A stretch of 64,000 nucleotides of DNA from Schizochytrium sp. TIO01 (taxonomy: Eukaryota; Protista; Bigyra: Labyrinthulomycetes), in NCBI GenBank assembly GCA_004764695.1, contig SMSO01000007.1, forward strand, positions 1,309,270-1,373,269. The letters run 5' to 3'. Position numbers and translations under genes: made by a program. Positions 21,649 through 32,700 of this stretch are shown here, in pieces (position 1 is the stretch's first letter; each line of letters starts with the position of its first letter). Under the pieces are notes generated by a model, which worked only from the letters and a program-made list of their open reading frames with translations, did no database searches and had not been told where the DNA came from.

Positions 21649-22908
21649 TTGGAGCTGATGGGTTCTCCAAATACCTCAAAAGAGTTCGCGTTCTTGCTGA
21701 CCTTGAAGATGAGATTCGTCAGACGGGATCTCCACGGATCCGCTTCACCATACACCCCTTTAGCGCAAGAGGGGAAAGTGAAGGGTAACTTATAAAGAAT
21801 TGAACGGTCAAGCAGTCCCCTATGAACCTCCTGCAAGCGAGTCCGGCCGGCCGCCCGCTCGCAGGGCGTTCTCGATTGGACTTTGCGCGTGAGTTTTCCA
21901 GCTTTAATTAGAGTTTATATGAACCATTCCGTACCTGTACCCCTAGCTTTCTACGCTTTCCAATCTTTAGACATGCCGATATTTTGTCCAAGTACTCAAG
22001 TTGTACTAAAACTTCGATCATCACCTGAACAAGATATGTTCTTTGGAGATGCAAAATGTTCATGACGAAAGATCAACAGACGTATATCAACACATGAAGG
22101 AATTGAGACTTGGTGTTGCAGCAGGGGGCTATCATAACCAGGAGACCCTCCAATGACGCTGCGAAGGGCAACGAATTCCGTGATATCCTAGAACAAAGAA
22201 GTTCATTGATTTTCTATATTATTATGAGTCGCTGCTGATTTCTTAAGCATGCTACATCGAGCAATCCGGATACCTCGCGCTGCAGAGCGGTCCCTTTCGC
22301 GGCTTCTCTGCCCACCGTTGCCTTCATCGAACCCCTCACGGGACTAGAGTGGGTTTCTAGGAAGTAGGGCGGCGGTCTCTCTCGGTTGAGCGCAACAGGA
22401 GGAAGACTGCGGCAGGATCGCGGTCATCCATTTTCGTTTGCTCTCTCGTTTTTACTCCCTTTCATTCGTTCATCTGCTTGTCCGTCCACTCATAACGGAC
22501 GCAGACGCCCTGCCGCCGTGAATCACTCGCCGCTGAGACATTGACAAAGAACTTGCTATCGCCTGCTGCGAAAGAGGTCTCCGTGTTGAGCAGCTGCAAG
22601 TTCTTCCGGCAAATCCTGGCCATTAGGACGGCCTGGGAAAAACCATCTTGAACTGGAGGAAAAGTACTACACTACATATATTACATACATAGCAGACTGA
22701 GCTGCACAAAACATAAATATCCGCGTTCACGAATAGGAGGATACATAAAATAGTCTGACAGTTATCTCAAGATTGATAGATTGGACACTGGATTTGCAGA
22801 AATAGAAGTTTTGAGGAAAGTAAAATAAACACCTGTTCCTATATCTTGGCGAGATCCGAGGGACTTTTGGCACTGGAAAGACCTATCTTATATACGTAGA
22901 CCTACAAA

Positions 22909-24330
22909 ATGGCCGGTGAGAATAACTTAGCATCTTCTCCTGCAGGAGGTCCTGGTGCCAAGCGCAAGAGATCAGAGTCTGGCGCTGGTTCTGGTGCTGG
23001 GAAAAACTCAAAGGGAACATCTCCTTCTGGCAGCGCTAAAAGCGGCATGAGTCCAAATGGCGTGAGCAACCGCAATGGTGAAGCTTCGAAAGCTGCCAAT
23101 GGGACTGCGATTGATTTGCCGAAGAAACGCGTCGCATACTTCTATGACGCGGAGCTTTCAGTGTATGAGCACAACAGGGGCCACAAGTTTAAGCCCTTCA
23201 GAGCGAAGTTGGCGCATGAGCTCATCGACCAGTACGGCGCATATAAGGATATGATGGATGTGTTGCGCCCTCGTTTAGTCACGCGCACTGACATGGGTCA
23301 ATATCACTCTGATGCATATCTAGAAATTCTGGCCACTGCACAGGCCACTGCGAACAAACGTTTCGGCTGGGCTCCAGAGACTGCTGCTCTCGAGGAGGAC
23401 CCCACTGCACAGCGCAAAGTTGATGAGGTCTTTAAACGCTTCAACATTGAGCTTGATCCTGAAAAGTCCTCAAATGCTGTCTTTCCTGGCGTTCTTGACT
23501 ACTGCCGCCTTTACACAAGTGGTTCAATGGGCTGTGCTTTGCGGCTCACCACGGATGCCGCCGACGTTGCCATCAACTGGTACGGAGGCATGAACCACGC
23601 TCGTGGCTCCCGCGCCCAGGCTGGCTGCTACGTAAACGATTCTGTCCTCGCTACTCTGGAGCTGCTGAAACGCTTCAAGCGGGTCATGTACATCAACTTG
23701 AGTGGCGTTCATGCAGACGCTGTCGAAGAGGCCTTTTACACAACCAACCGCGTAATGACGGTCTCTTTCCACCTTGACGCGAACCACTATCCTCGTGAGT
23801 GGCCGGGAACTGGTTTGATTGAGGATGTTGGGGCCGAAGAAGGCGAAGGTTATGCTGTCAATGTGCCTATGGATCCTGGCATGACTGATGGGATGTTGGT
23901 TTCTACCTTCACAGAGGTCATCTCCAAGGCCATGTCTGTGTATGAACCAGAAGCTATTGTTATGCAGTGCGGAGGCGGTCTTTTATCTACGGAGCGTGGT
24001 GGCGACTTTAACATCACAGAAAAGGGCTATGCGGAATGTGTTCGCCTGGTTCGTGATGCTGATCTTCCGCTGCTCATGTTGGGTGGCAACGGTTCGAATA
24101 TGGCACGCACTGCTCGCATGTGGGCCTACGTGACCATGGTTTTGCTCGGTAAGGAATCACTTCTCAAGGACAATGTTATTCCAGAGCAGGTTCCGAGCAG
24201 GTACTATTTTGAGCCCCTCTTCGAGGTTTATGGTCCTGAGGTGAACATGCCGAACCTCAATTCAGTTGAGCAGAACACTCTTACCAGGAAAAAGGTTGCC
24301 TCCAATCTCAATCGTTTGTTGATCAAATAA
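22909..24330 (+). CDS. Class I (Rpd3/HDAC1-like) histone deacetylase homolog, predicted catalytically dead
   Basis: RVAYFYD, KPFR, YHSDAY, VFPG..DYC, AINW.GG, CYVND.VL..LELLK, VEEAFYTT.RVMTVSFH, PGTG, AVNVP. Zn ligands and catalytic Tyr are substituted. N-terminal PGAKRKR is NLS-like. Confidence 0.92.
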   Translation: MAGENNLASSPAGGPGAKRKRSESGAGSGAGKNSKGTSPSGSAKSGMSPNGVSNRNGEASKAANGTAIDLPKKRVAYFYDAELSVYEHNRGHKFKPFRAKLAHELIDQYGAYKDMMDVLRPRLVTRTDMGQYHSDAYLEILATAQATANKRFGWAPETAALEEDPTAQRKVDEVFKRFNIELDPEKSSNAVFPGVLDYCRLYTSGSMGCALRLTTDAADVAINWYGGMNHARGSRAQAGCYVNDSVLATLELLKRFKRVMYINLSGVHADAVEEAFYTTNRVMTVSFHLDANHYPREWPGTGLIEDVGAEEGEGYAVNVPMDPGMTDGMLVSTFTEVISKAMSVYEPEAIVMQCGGGLLSTERGGDFNITEKGYAECVRLVRDADLPLLMLGGNGSNMARTARMWAYVTMVLLGKESLLKDNVIPEQVPSRYYFEPLFEVYGPEVNMPNLNSVEQNTLTRKKVASNLNRLLIK

Positions 24331-25145
24331 ATAAAATATATACTCATGCATTCTATTCCCACGTTTTACCTTCGATTATACATATGATGTGGAAGGTGTA
24401 AAACCTGTGAAAATTCTTTATAAAAATTAACGGGCGAGACACATGACAAGAATTCACAGCTAAAGTTGGAACTGCGACGAATGATTTTCCTTTTGCTCCT
24501 ACCAGCATTCTAAATTATCTTTTAATTAAAAAAGAATGGAGTCAGTACCTGAATAAATTGACAGGTATATTTTCGTAGTTCATTTGTTGCGATGGGTCCA
24601 AAGTGCTTAGGTACTGTCACCTTTGTTGTAAAAAAAAAAAACATACATGAAATCGACAAGGGAGCTTTACAGGTTGATAAAGATAATCGTGTTGTTGAAT
24701 TAAAGAGGTATTTTTAAGTATTATAAGTTTTGTGGTGGTATTTGTTTTCATACGTGAAAAGTTGACCAGGACACTGGAGAACCAGTATCTAACATCAGCA
24801 ATGTTCTGACATGTTAACGCATTGTGAGAGTGTTGCAATTAGTTCATGTCCTCAATTGAGACACCGAGATGTGAATGATTTTCTGGTTTCTGGCCACAAA
24901 GTTTGTTGATACGTGTTATCTTGTTCATTTGGCAATGAAAGGCATCATGGGTCTCGAAGCAAAAGAGAAACATAGCAAAGTAAAGAAGCAGGGCAGGGAA
25001 GAAATGAAATAAGAGCAGTCAAATGCACCTGGGCCCGCAGAAGTCAAGGGGCCAACCTGAAATATCCGATTCTGTTGCCAAGACTGAACGTTGAATTGTC
25101 CAATATATCGTTTGATCTGGGCCAGATAGGAAGATGACCGAGTAT

Positions 25146-25518
25146 CTACATAACCCACTGAGGAATCGTTTGCAAGTAGTCAGCTCTCTTATCAGGGGCA
25201 CGTATTTATAGTCATTTCCATTGAAAGATGTAGGTAGAATTTGGCCACAATGATCTTCAGCATGAATCTTATAGATTGCGCAGATTCCTAGCATGGGTTT
25301 CGCAGTATCTTTAATTAGCGTACGAATCTGACAAAGTACATGTAATAGAGCACCACCATGACCTGGAAGAGCAATACCGCAGGGATCACGAGCCGCGCCA
25401 CGTGGAGCTCCTCGTTCTGAATGAAGAAGAGCACGACCACCAGCACCGCAAAAAGAAGCTTGAACAAGATCTTCTGCCCCGCCGACGCCTTTGCCGCAGC
25501 CGTACTAGAGTCCGCCAT
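25146..25518 (-). CDS. Small two-TM membrane protein (~67-68 aa), possibly with a 3' intron at 25323-25158
   Basis: ATG 25518 begins MADSSTAAAKASAGQKILFKLLFAVLVVVLFF...VIPAVLLFQVMVVLYYMYF with GC3-rich codons. The unspliced stop is at 25315. A GTACGC donor with GCTGAC...CTCAG acceptor would instead give ...VRFWVM-stop at 25146. Confidence 0.55.
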
Positions 25519-26182
25519 CTTGCTACGCGACAGGGATTGTTCGAAGATCTCCACACGCAAACCTTCGTTCCCACTCGGGCTTTGTGGAGCGGTTTGCCGT
25601 CGCTTTGAGCGAGAACGGTCAATCAATTGATCAAGCAATTGAAATATTTTTTATTTATTTTTTATCCTTCTCGTAAAGGGTTTTTTAAACAGGTATTAGG
25701 ATCTTGAGGGTCAAAGGTCTTTCTTGAAATAAAGAGATGGTCTTGGCTGAGAAGACGGCCTTCTCGGGTTTTCACTTATGGATTCTGGCACATTAAACAT
25801 TGACCTCCAAAGCCTTTGTTGCGCTAGAAAACAAAGCTAAACATTATGTAAAGAAAGTAATTGGTATCGTGTGGGCTCATAGTTTTGTTTTCTGTTTTTT
25901 TTTTTTTTTTAGGAGGGGGGGAACAGAAAAAAAAATGTTGATCTTGTTTTTCCAATCTCGCATGCTGATATCGAGTTCAATAGCCAAAATGAACTTTAAA
26001 CTATTCTTCAAAACAACTGTGGCAAACGATGACGGAGATGCGGAGTCCGTGTTTTGTTGTGATCAAAAGTAAAGATGATCTTTGTATGTGATCTCAAATG
26101 AACCTGGATACAGAATTCTAACAATTTCCGTGTCACGTTCTAGTGGGTCTCCTCCACATTAGACCAATAGCCAGTGATAGGT

Positions 26183-28075
26183 CTACTCAAGCTCTGCGTC
26201 TGCTTCGTCTTTTTCATCATTGGTTTCGTCTTCTCCGTCAGCATCGGCAGATTCATCATCGTCGTTGTCATCGAGTATTTTTTTTGCGAGATGGAGGTGG
26301 GTCTCAAGAATTTCCTTTCGGGCGATTCTATAGATCATGGCGGCGCGAAGTCGAGGTGGAATACTCGGGTCTACTTCGAGAGTGGCCAGATCTTGTTCCA
26401 AGCTTGTGCTTTGCTGCTCCAATTCGGCCTCGAGAAGGTCTACGAGGTCATCGAGTGCCGTGAGTTCTGTTTCGACCGATACAGAATCCTTTGGTAGAAT
26501 GGAATCCAGCGTCATACCAGTGTTTCTAGAGGAGAAAGGCACAAATTGGGACATGGAAGAATCCGGATTTTGGCTTATGGGGTCTCGAACTCTTGTCTGC
26601 AATGCATGAAATTCTTCAGATGTGAGCCACGAGAACCGCAGAAAAGCAAGCAATTCTGGATGTACTTGCGGCGTTTTAGATGTCGATTTGCAGAAAGGCT
26701 CGAGGCGAAAAGACCGGAAGCGTGTCATACCGAGAGAACGCAGAAAATCGCTTTTGGCATCATATTCGGGGACATCGGGCTCCATGCGTACGTGAATTTT
26801 GTAAGAGTCCCACTCATTGTTTTCGAGACAAAATCCATACTCTAGCAAAAGGAAACTGTTTGACCTCCGTCCGTAGCTATTGAAAGCTTCCTCACCAGCA
26901 CCGTAACGATTTGAGCCGCTAGGGAATAATCTAAAACATGCCTCCTGGCACTGCAGAGAATCGTTGTTCAACGCGCAAACCTCTTCCTTAAGTTCCATTG
27001 ACGCTAATCCTGCGGAGATAGAATTCTCCACTGCTGGGTGAGCGGAAGTCTTACAGGTGCTATTGCTTCCAGCGGTCTCCTCTTCCTGACCCACCTTGGT
27101 TTTCAAGTTAGGTGTTTGCTCAGCCTCGCGAGCTTGACTTCTCTCTTCGCATCCATCATTTTGGGCATCGCCTTTAACTGAGTTCTGATGTTGACTGGGC
27201 TCGTGGTCTTTGCTAATAGTTTGTGTAGCACTAGATATACTCTCAAGTTTGTTTTTCTTCTCTTTGAGCGTTGCGGCATAAATGGACGGCCGAGATGTAA
27301 GATCATACTTAACAGGAACATTGGCGTGGTTCAAACAGTCCGCAAATGGAACCATTGCGGTCCATGGCAAGCGACGACCGAATGCTCGCGATTGAATAAC
27401 CATCCATGCCCACTTGAATAACTCAAGAGAGTAGTCTCCGAGGTTCAGTCCAGCCGTCTCGAAAGCCTCTGCAGCCTGCAAATATAACCGTTCTAAGGAA
27501 GCCGGACGGCGTCGAGCCTCGCCAACAATTTCGCGATCTTGCAGCTCCAATTGTTCTTGATGAGACCATTCACCAATGCCACCTGGCACAGGCAAAATTT
27601 GCAAATAAGGGTGCCAAAATGAGTCTTTGCCGCGAAGTCGTTCATGCATAAGGAAGACAGCAATAACAAGGTCATCGTCCGCAGTGAAAAAGTGCCATTT
27701 GGCCTGATATACAGGCTGCAAAGCTGCACATCCGAAGCAAACAGAAGGGTAAATCATAAGGCTCTGAGGAATCTCCAACATAGGTTCGTTAGGTTCAATG
27801 TCAACCACAGCGACTGCTCCACGCACACCCGAAATTGTTGCTCGCGAGGGCCAGTCGAGTTTGTCAATCTGAGCTCCATTTTCACGAAGCCAAGCGAGAA
27901 ACTCTTCCTCATGAGCAGAAGTCACGACCTCCGTGCCATCATCGCAGTCAGCGACAGCAACCTCATTTGGGTTGGCGCCGACATTTCCATGAACTTCAAC
28001 CTTAGTCGAGGCGACGGCGTCTAAGGTCGCCATGGAAGCCGTCGGCGCCGAGGATTGCGCCACACAGAACTCCAT
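26183..28075 (-). CDS. SET-domain protein lysine methyltransferase, Rubisco-LSMT/SETD3-like
   Basis: FLAWLRENGA, RGAVA, LEIP, SFWHPYLQILP, FKWAW..IQSRAF, MVPFADCLNH, GEEAFNSYGRRSN..LLLEYGF, then an LSMT substrate-binding-like C-domain ending YRIARKEIL. Start ATG at 28075 or 28033. Confidence 0.9.
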   Translation of the reverse strand: MEFCVAQSSAPTASMATLDAVASTKVEVHGNVGANPNEVAVADCDDGTEVVTSAHEEEFLAWLRENGAQIDKLDWPSRATISGVRGAVAVVDIEPNEPMLEIPQSLMIYPSVCFGCAALQPVYQAKWHFFTADDDLVIAVFLMHERLRGKDSFWHPYLQILPVPGGIGEWSHQEQLELQDREIVGEARRRPASLERLYLQAAEAFETAGLNLGDYSLELFKWAWMVIQSRAFGRRLPWTAMVPFADCLNHANVPVKYDLTSRPSIYAATLKEKKNKLESISSATQTISKDHEPSQHQNSVKGDAQNDGCEERSQAREAEQTPNLKTKVGQEEETAGSNSTCKTSAHPAVENSISAGLASMELKEEVCALNNDSLQCQEACFRLFPSGSNRYGAGEEAFNSYGRRSNSFLLLEYGFCLENNEWDSYKIHVRMEPDVPEYDAKSDFLRSLGMTRFRSFRLEPFCKSTSKTPQVHPELLAFLRFSWLTSEEFHALQTRVRDPISQNPDSSMSQFVPFSSRNTGMTLDSILPKDSVSVETELTALDDLVDLLEAELEQQSTSLEQDLATLEVDPSIPPRLRAAMIYRIARKEILETHLHLAKKILDDNDDDESADADGEDETNDEKDEADAELE

Positions 28076-28665
28076 CTGTGCACCAAACAATCGCGGAGCG
28101 CTGCGTTCGGTCTTGAGAAGCCTTGCTACGTTGTTTTCTGTTCTCCTTAGCGTGATCCCTATCCGTGCCTGCCAAGGCGCTGGTTGATCGTGTTATGAAC
28201 TCTACGTTTTGCAGCTTGCGCACCTTGCAAGGCTTTAAGGAGCTCTTTGTGCAATATGGGGGTAGACCAACCTTTGTGAGGACTATCAAAATATGTAACA
28301 CAATTCGCGAGATGTACCACTGGCGAAGCTGAATGCCTGCAAGAATCAAGCAACCCGCTTTGGGGGATGGGCTAGAGATTGGTTCTTGTTTCAAGCACCA
28401 CAGATTGGTTGGACTTGCTCGAGGTCTGATAGAATTTGGCGAGAAAGCGCAGAGAAATGTTACTGTTACAATTAGGTCAGGTGTGCTTGGTACAAGAAAC
28501 AAGCGACGCAAGCAAGCAAAGCGAGCAAACAAGCAAGCAAAGTAAGCAGCATCGTCCTGGCTGAACGAATGCATCAAAGTTTGTAGCTTTCCATGGTTCC
28601 GCAAGAAACCAAACTTAGCTTCTGCTGACGACTCATACTTATGAAATTAGCAATTCGCATTGATC

Positions 28666-28689
28666 GATTGATTGATTGATTGATTGATT
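28666..28689. repeat. (GATT)n microsatellite
   Basis: About 6 tandem copies read directly. Confidence 0.85.
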
Positions 28690-29727
28690 CTGTCTCAAGA
28701 TATCGTCCCTAAACCGTTCCTGCAATATGGGCTAATGGACCATTTACTTCAAAGGCTGCTTTGGGGCAACAGGAGTTGTGTGATGGCGTTCCAGCCCAAT
28801 TGTCGTTTCCCTTCTTCCCAGGCTTAGTCCTTTCTCAGGCTGTGCATGTGCATCTCGAGAACTGCCTTCAAGTTCTTCAAAATCAACCAATCACCGATTC
28901 AATCACTCAATCATCAATCGCAATTTCTTACATACATCACATCACTTAAGCACATTAAATAAACGTTTTAAATTCTCTAATCCACAGCAAAAAGAGACGG
29001 ATCAAAGAGCAAAGAGTCCGCATTTAAAACTAAAGGTTATGGTCGCCTCCTAACCTAAACTGTATAATTATGGCCGTACAAGCTGTTGCACTACAGTAGT
29101 AGTATTGTACAGTAAGCGTCTACCTACTGGAAACACTGAGGAGAGTATTTTCATTTATCACCTATTTATATGATACATGCTTTTTTTCTTTTCTTTTAAT
29201 TTAAAAAAAAAAGCAATTAAAAGAAACGTGCTATCATTCGCACATATGTGATATGTATTTTTCTACTAAAGTTAAAAAAGGTTAAAAAGAAAAGAAAAAA
29301 AGAAAAACAGAATTAAGAAATATAGTGCGTATAGATTTTATTTTTCGTAAACGCGAACACATAAGATTAGTATAAACGAAGTCGTATGTGCTTTTAGGCG
29401 CATAAAGAACAGAACACTTTAAAATCATCTTTTCAAGGTCTGTTGGTCGTACGTAATAAATGATGGAGGACACTCAAAAGAGAAAGAAAAAGAAAAAATC
29501 GAAAAGAAAAAACGAAAAGAAAGGAAAGATAGATCGAAGAACGTAAGTTTCCTATTCGAGAGGTCGCAGAGCCAAAACAGCAGCAATTACATACAGCGCG
29601 CAGCTCGCCACTTCGCAGAGTCTGCATTGCTAAAGGGCCTCCTGACGCGTGTGGATTCAGGTGGGTGCGTGCTTCCTGCTCTATTCTCGCACTCTGTGTC
29701 GTCTATTCTCCTCCGCGGTAACGTGGA

Positions 29728-32700
29728 ATGGAGACCTTCTCCGCTTGGTCCCAGGACCCTCCGGCACCTGATGAAAATACCTCCACGTCCAGCGCGGATG
29801 GTGACGACGCATACAGCACCAATTCATCAGCGAACCCCATGGAGGCCTCTCTAACCGAGCCTGGCGGTGCTGAGGACGCCTACGTTTTCGACGAGCTCAG
29901 GCGCAGTCTCGGGCCCAGCACCAACACCAACAGCGACACGGGCAGCGACTCAGAGAACGCTAACAGCAACGAAAGATTAACCATGGATATGGGGAGCATT
30001 CTTGGTCGCCGTACGCTAGGGCAGTATTTGAGTGAGGATACAACTGGTGCTGAAACGGGAGATGATGCTGATGATGATGATGAATTGGACGACGACGATG
30101 AGGAGGATGGAGAACTTGTGACATCAGGGAAGAGCTTGGGCGGCCTGGGCCAAGGGATGGGAGACGGGAACATGCTGTTTACAGGTGACCAGTGCTGGAA
30201 GCAGGTTAAAGTAAACCAATATGATGGAGAGATTCCGTCGCAAAGGTCTTTGCATACGGCAGTAGCATATCAACAAAGCATGTATATTTTTGGAGGGTAT
30301 ACGGGTCGCGAGAGAGTCAATAAACTACACAGGTTTGATTTCCTTAGCTCGACGTGGCATGCGTTGGACGATGCGACGGGTGAGCTGCCTGTGGCCAGGG
30401 ATCGACACACTGGCGTTGTGGTTGAGGACTACATGCTCATATTCGGGGGTTATGACGGAATGCTGCGTTGCCATGATACCCACGCGTATGATTTCCGCAA
30501 CAATCGCTGGCTTCCCATCGAGCTTGATACCGCACTTATGCCTTCCCCAAGACATAGCCATGCAGCTTGCTCCTTTGGCAAGAAAATGTATGTCACTTGC
30601 GGCTACGACGGATCGTATCGAAACGACCTCTACGAGTTTCGTGTGAAAAACCTTGTTGAGAGAGGTGTAAATGACGGCGAATCCCCTGACGATACCAGGC
30701 CTCGCCTGCATGGTGAGTGGCGCAAGATCCTAGCCAAGGGCCGCTTTCCCCAAGCTCGTTACCGCGCAACTTGTTGCGTACACGCGTCGCAGCAAAGCTC
30801 TCCGAAAATCGTGCTCTTCGGAGGGCACAACGGTCTCGTGCACCTTAATTGCACGCATATCTTTGATATTGGAACCGAGACATGGTCTAGTCTCCGTACG
30901 ACGGGATCTGTTCCACTTCCACGTGATTCTCACTGTGCTGTTATGTACGGGGACAATATGCTTGTTTTCGGCGGATCTTGCGGGCAACCGCTCAATGATT
31001 TTTCTTTCCTCAATATGACAACTTATGAGTGGAAGCCTGTAAGCGGGGACTCCTGGACCCCGTCGGCTCGCTTTTGTGCATCTGCGGTACTGCATGATGG
31101 AAGTTTCTACCTTTTTGGTGGCTACGACTCTACGGAACGTCTCCGGGATATTCATCGTTTTAATTTCGCCGCTTCTCTTTGTGCTGTTGGCCGCAGTACT
31201 CTCATTGATGACTTTGGGGCGAGCTTTAAACAAGATTATTTGAGCGACATGGTTTTTGAGGCAGATGGACTTGTGATTCCAGCACATCGCGTCTTTTGCA
31301 CTCGCTGTTCTAATATTCTTCAGGACCTTGAAAGCGGTCCGGACAGCAACGGCAGCGAACCTGAAAAGGAAGGTCGTCGATTAATCAGTACGCTCCAAGC
31401 ACAGGGGGCTGTGCGTAATCAATATAAAAAAGACGCCAAGGGCCGCTGGATCGTCGAGCTTCCCAAGAATCTTAGTTTGGCCAATATTGATGCCTTTCTG
31501 GGCTACCTGTATACTGATAAAATTCCTCTGAGTTCACAAACGATGGCATTAGAGATTTTTGCTTTAGCAGACCACTATGCTGTGAAACGCTTGAAAAAGA
31601 TCTGTTTGAATTACATCTCTACCCATCTTAGAGTGGATACTGCCGCCCATATTTTCCAGGCTGCTGATCTCCACAAAATGAGAGAGCTACGTGAGCGGAC
31701 GTTGAATTTCATTTTGCGAAATTTTGACGCAGTATCTAAGACAGATGCGTTTGAAGAAATGGGCCGCATTAATGTTGAACTTGTTTTTGAAGTTTTGCGC
31801 AACCGAGGGGATGAGGTGCACAATGCCACCCCGGAGGAATCTCCTACGGGAGTAGCAGGCTCTATGGACAATCTCATGAGCGATAATGTTTCGTTCACTG
31901 CCTCAATGACAACCCCTCCGGGAAGCATGACTGGAATTTCGAGCGAGACTGGTGCATCCATAGCTCCATACACTGAGCGTGCTCGCCAATGGGTGCCCGT
32001 AGGCATCGAAGATGATACAAACTCTCCAGGCAAGCGCTCTTTGCATGCCATGGCTGTACATAAGGATACCATTTTGCTATTCGGAGGTTATAACGGGCGT
32101 GCTCGCGTGAACGATTTTTTTCAATTCCCTCTAAGGACAAGGCGCTGGGAAATTGTTCCTGTCGCCCCATCTTCTGGTCCACCGCCAAGTGCGCGCGATC
32201 GGCATGCCATAATGCAACTTGACGATCGTCTTTGGGTGTTTGGAGGTTATAATGGCCAATCCCGGGTGAATGAACTTCATGCTTTCAATTTGCGGTCTCA
32301 CGAGTGGCTTGAAATTCCTGAGAGCAGTACGACTCCGTCGCCGCGCCACTCGCACAGCGGGTGCTCTGTTCCTTCTCGTCACTGCTTCTATATTTTTGGT
32401 GGTTATGATGGCAGCTACCTAAATGACTTATACGAATTCGATGGAAATAAATTACAATGGCGTCTGATGGAAGTGAAGGGCGGGAAACCACCCTCGCCAA
32501 GGTATCGCGCGACTCTTGTGTCAATGGGGAACTATCTTGTTTGTGCCATGGGCCATGATGGCTACCGGCACCTCAGTGACCTTTACACATTCAATCTCAG
32601 TACTCAGGAGTGGTCGCAACTGTCTACTTCAGGACCTAGCCCTGCCCCACGAGACTCACATACTGCATGCGCGTTGAGTTCAACACAGATGATCATCTTT

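Noticed and set aside
22255-22505. GC-rich stretch considered as a structured ncRNA (U3, SRP or RNase P)
   Set aside because: No diagnostic boxes found; better explained as HDAC 5' UTR and intron sequence ending in a pyrimidine tract and CAG.
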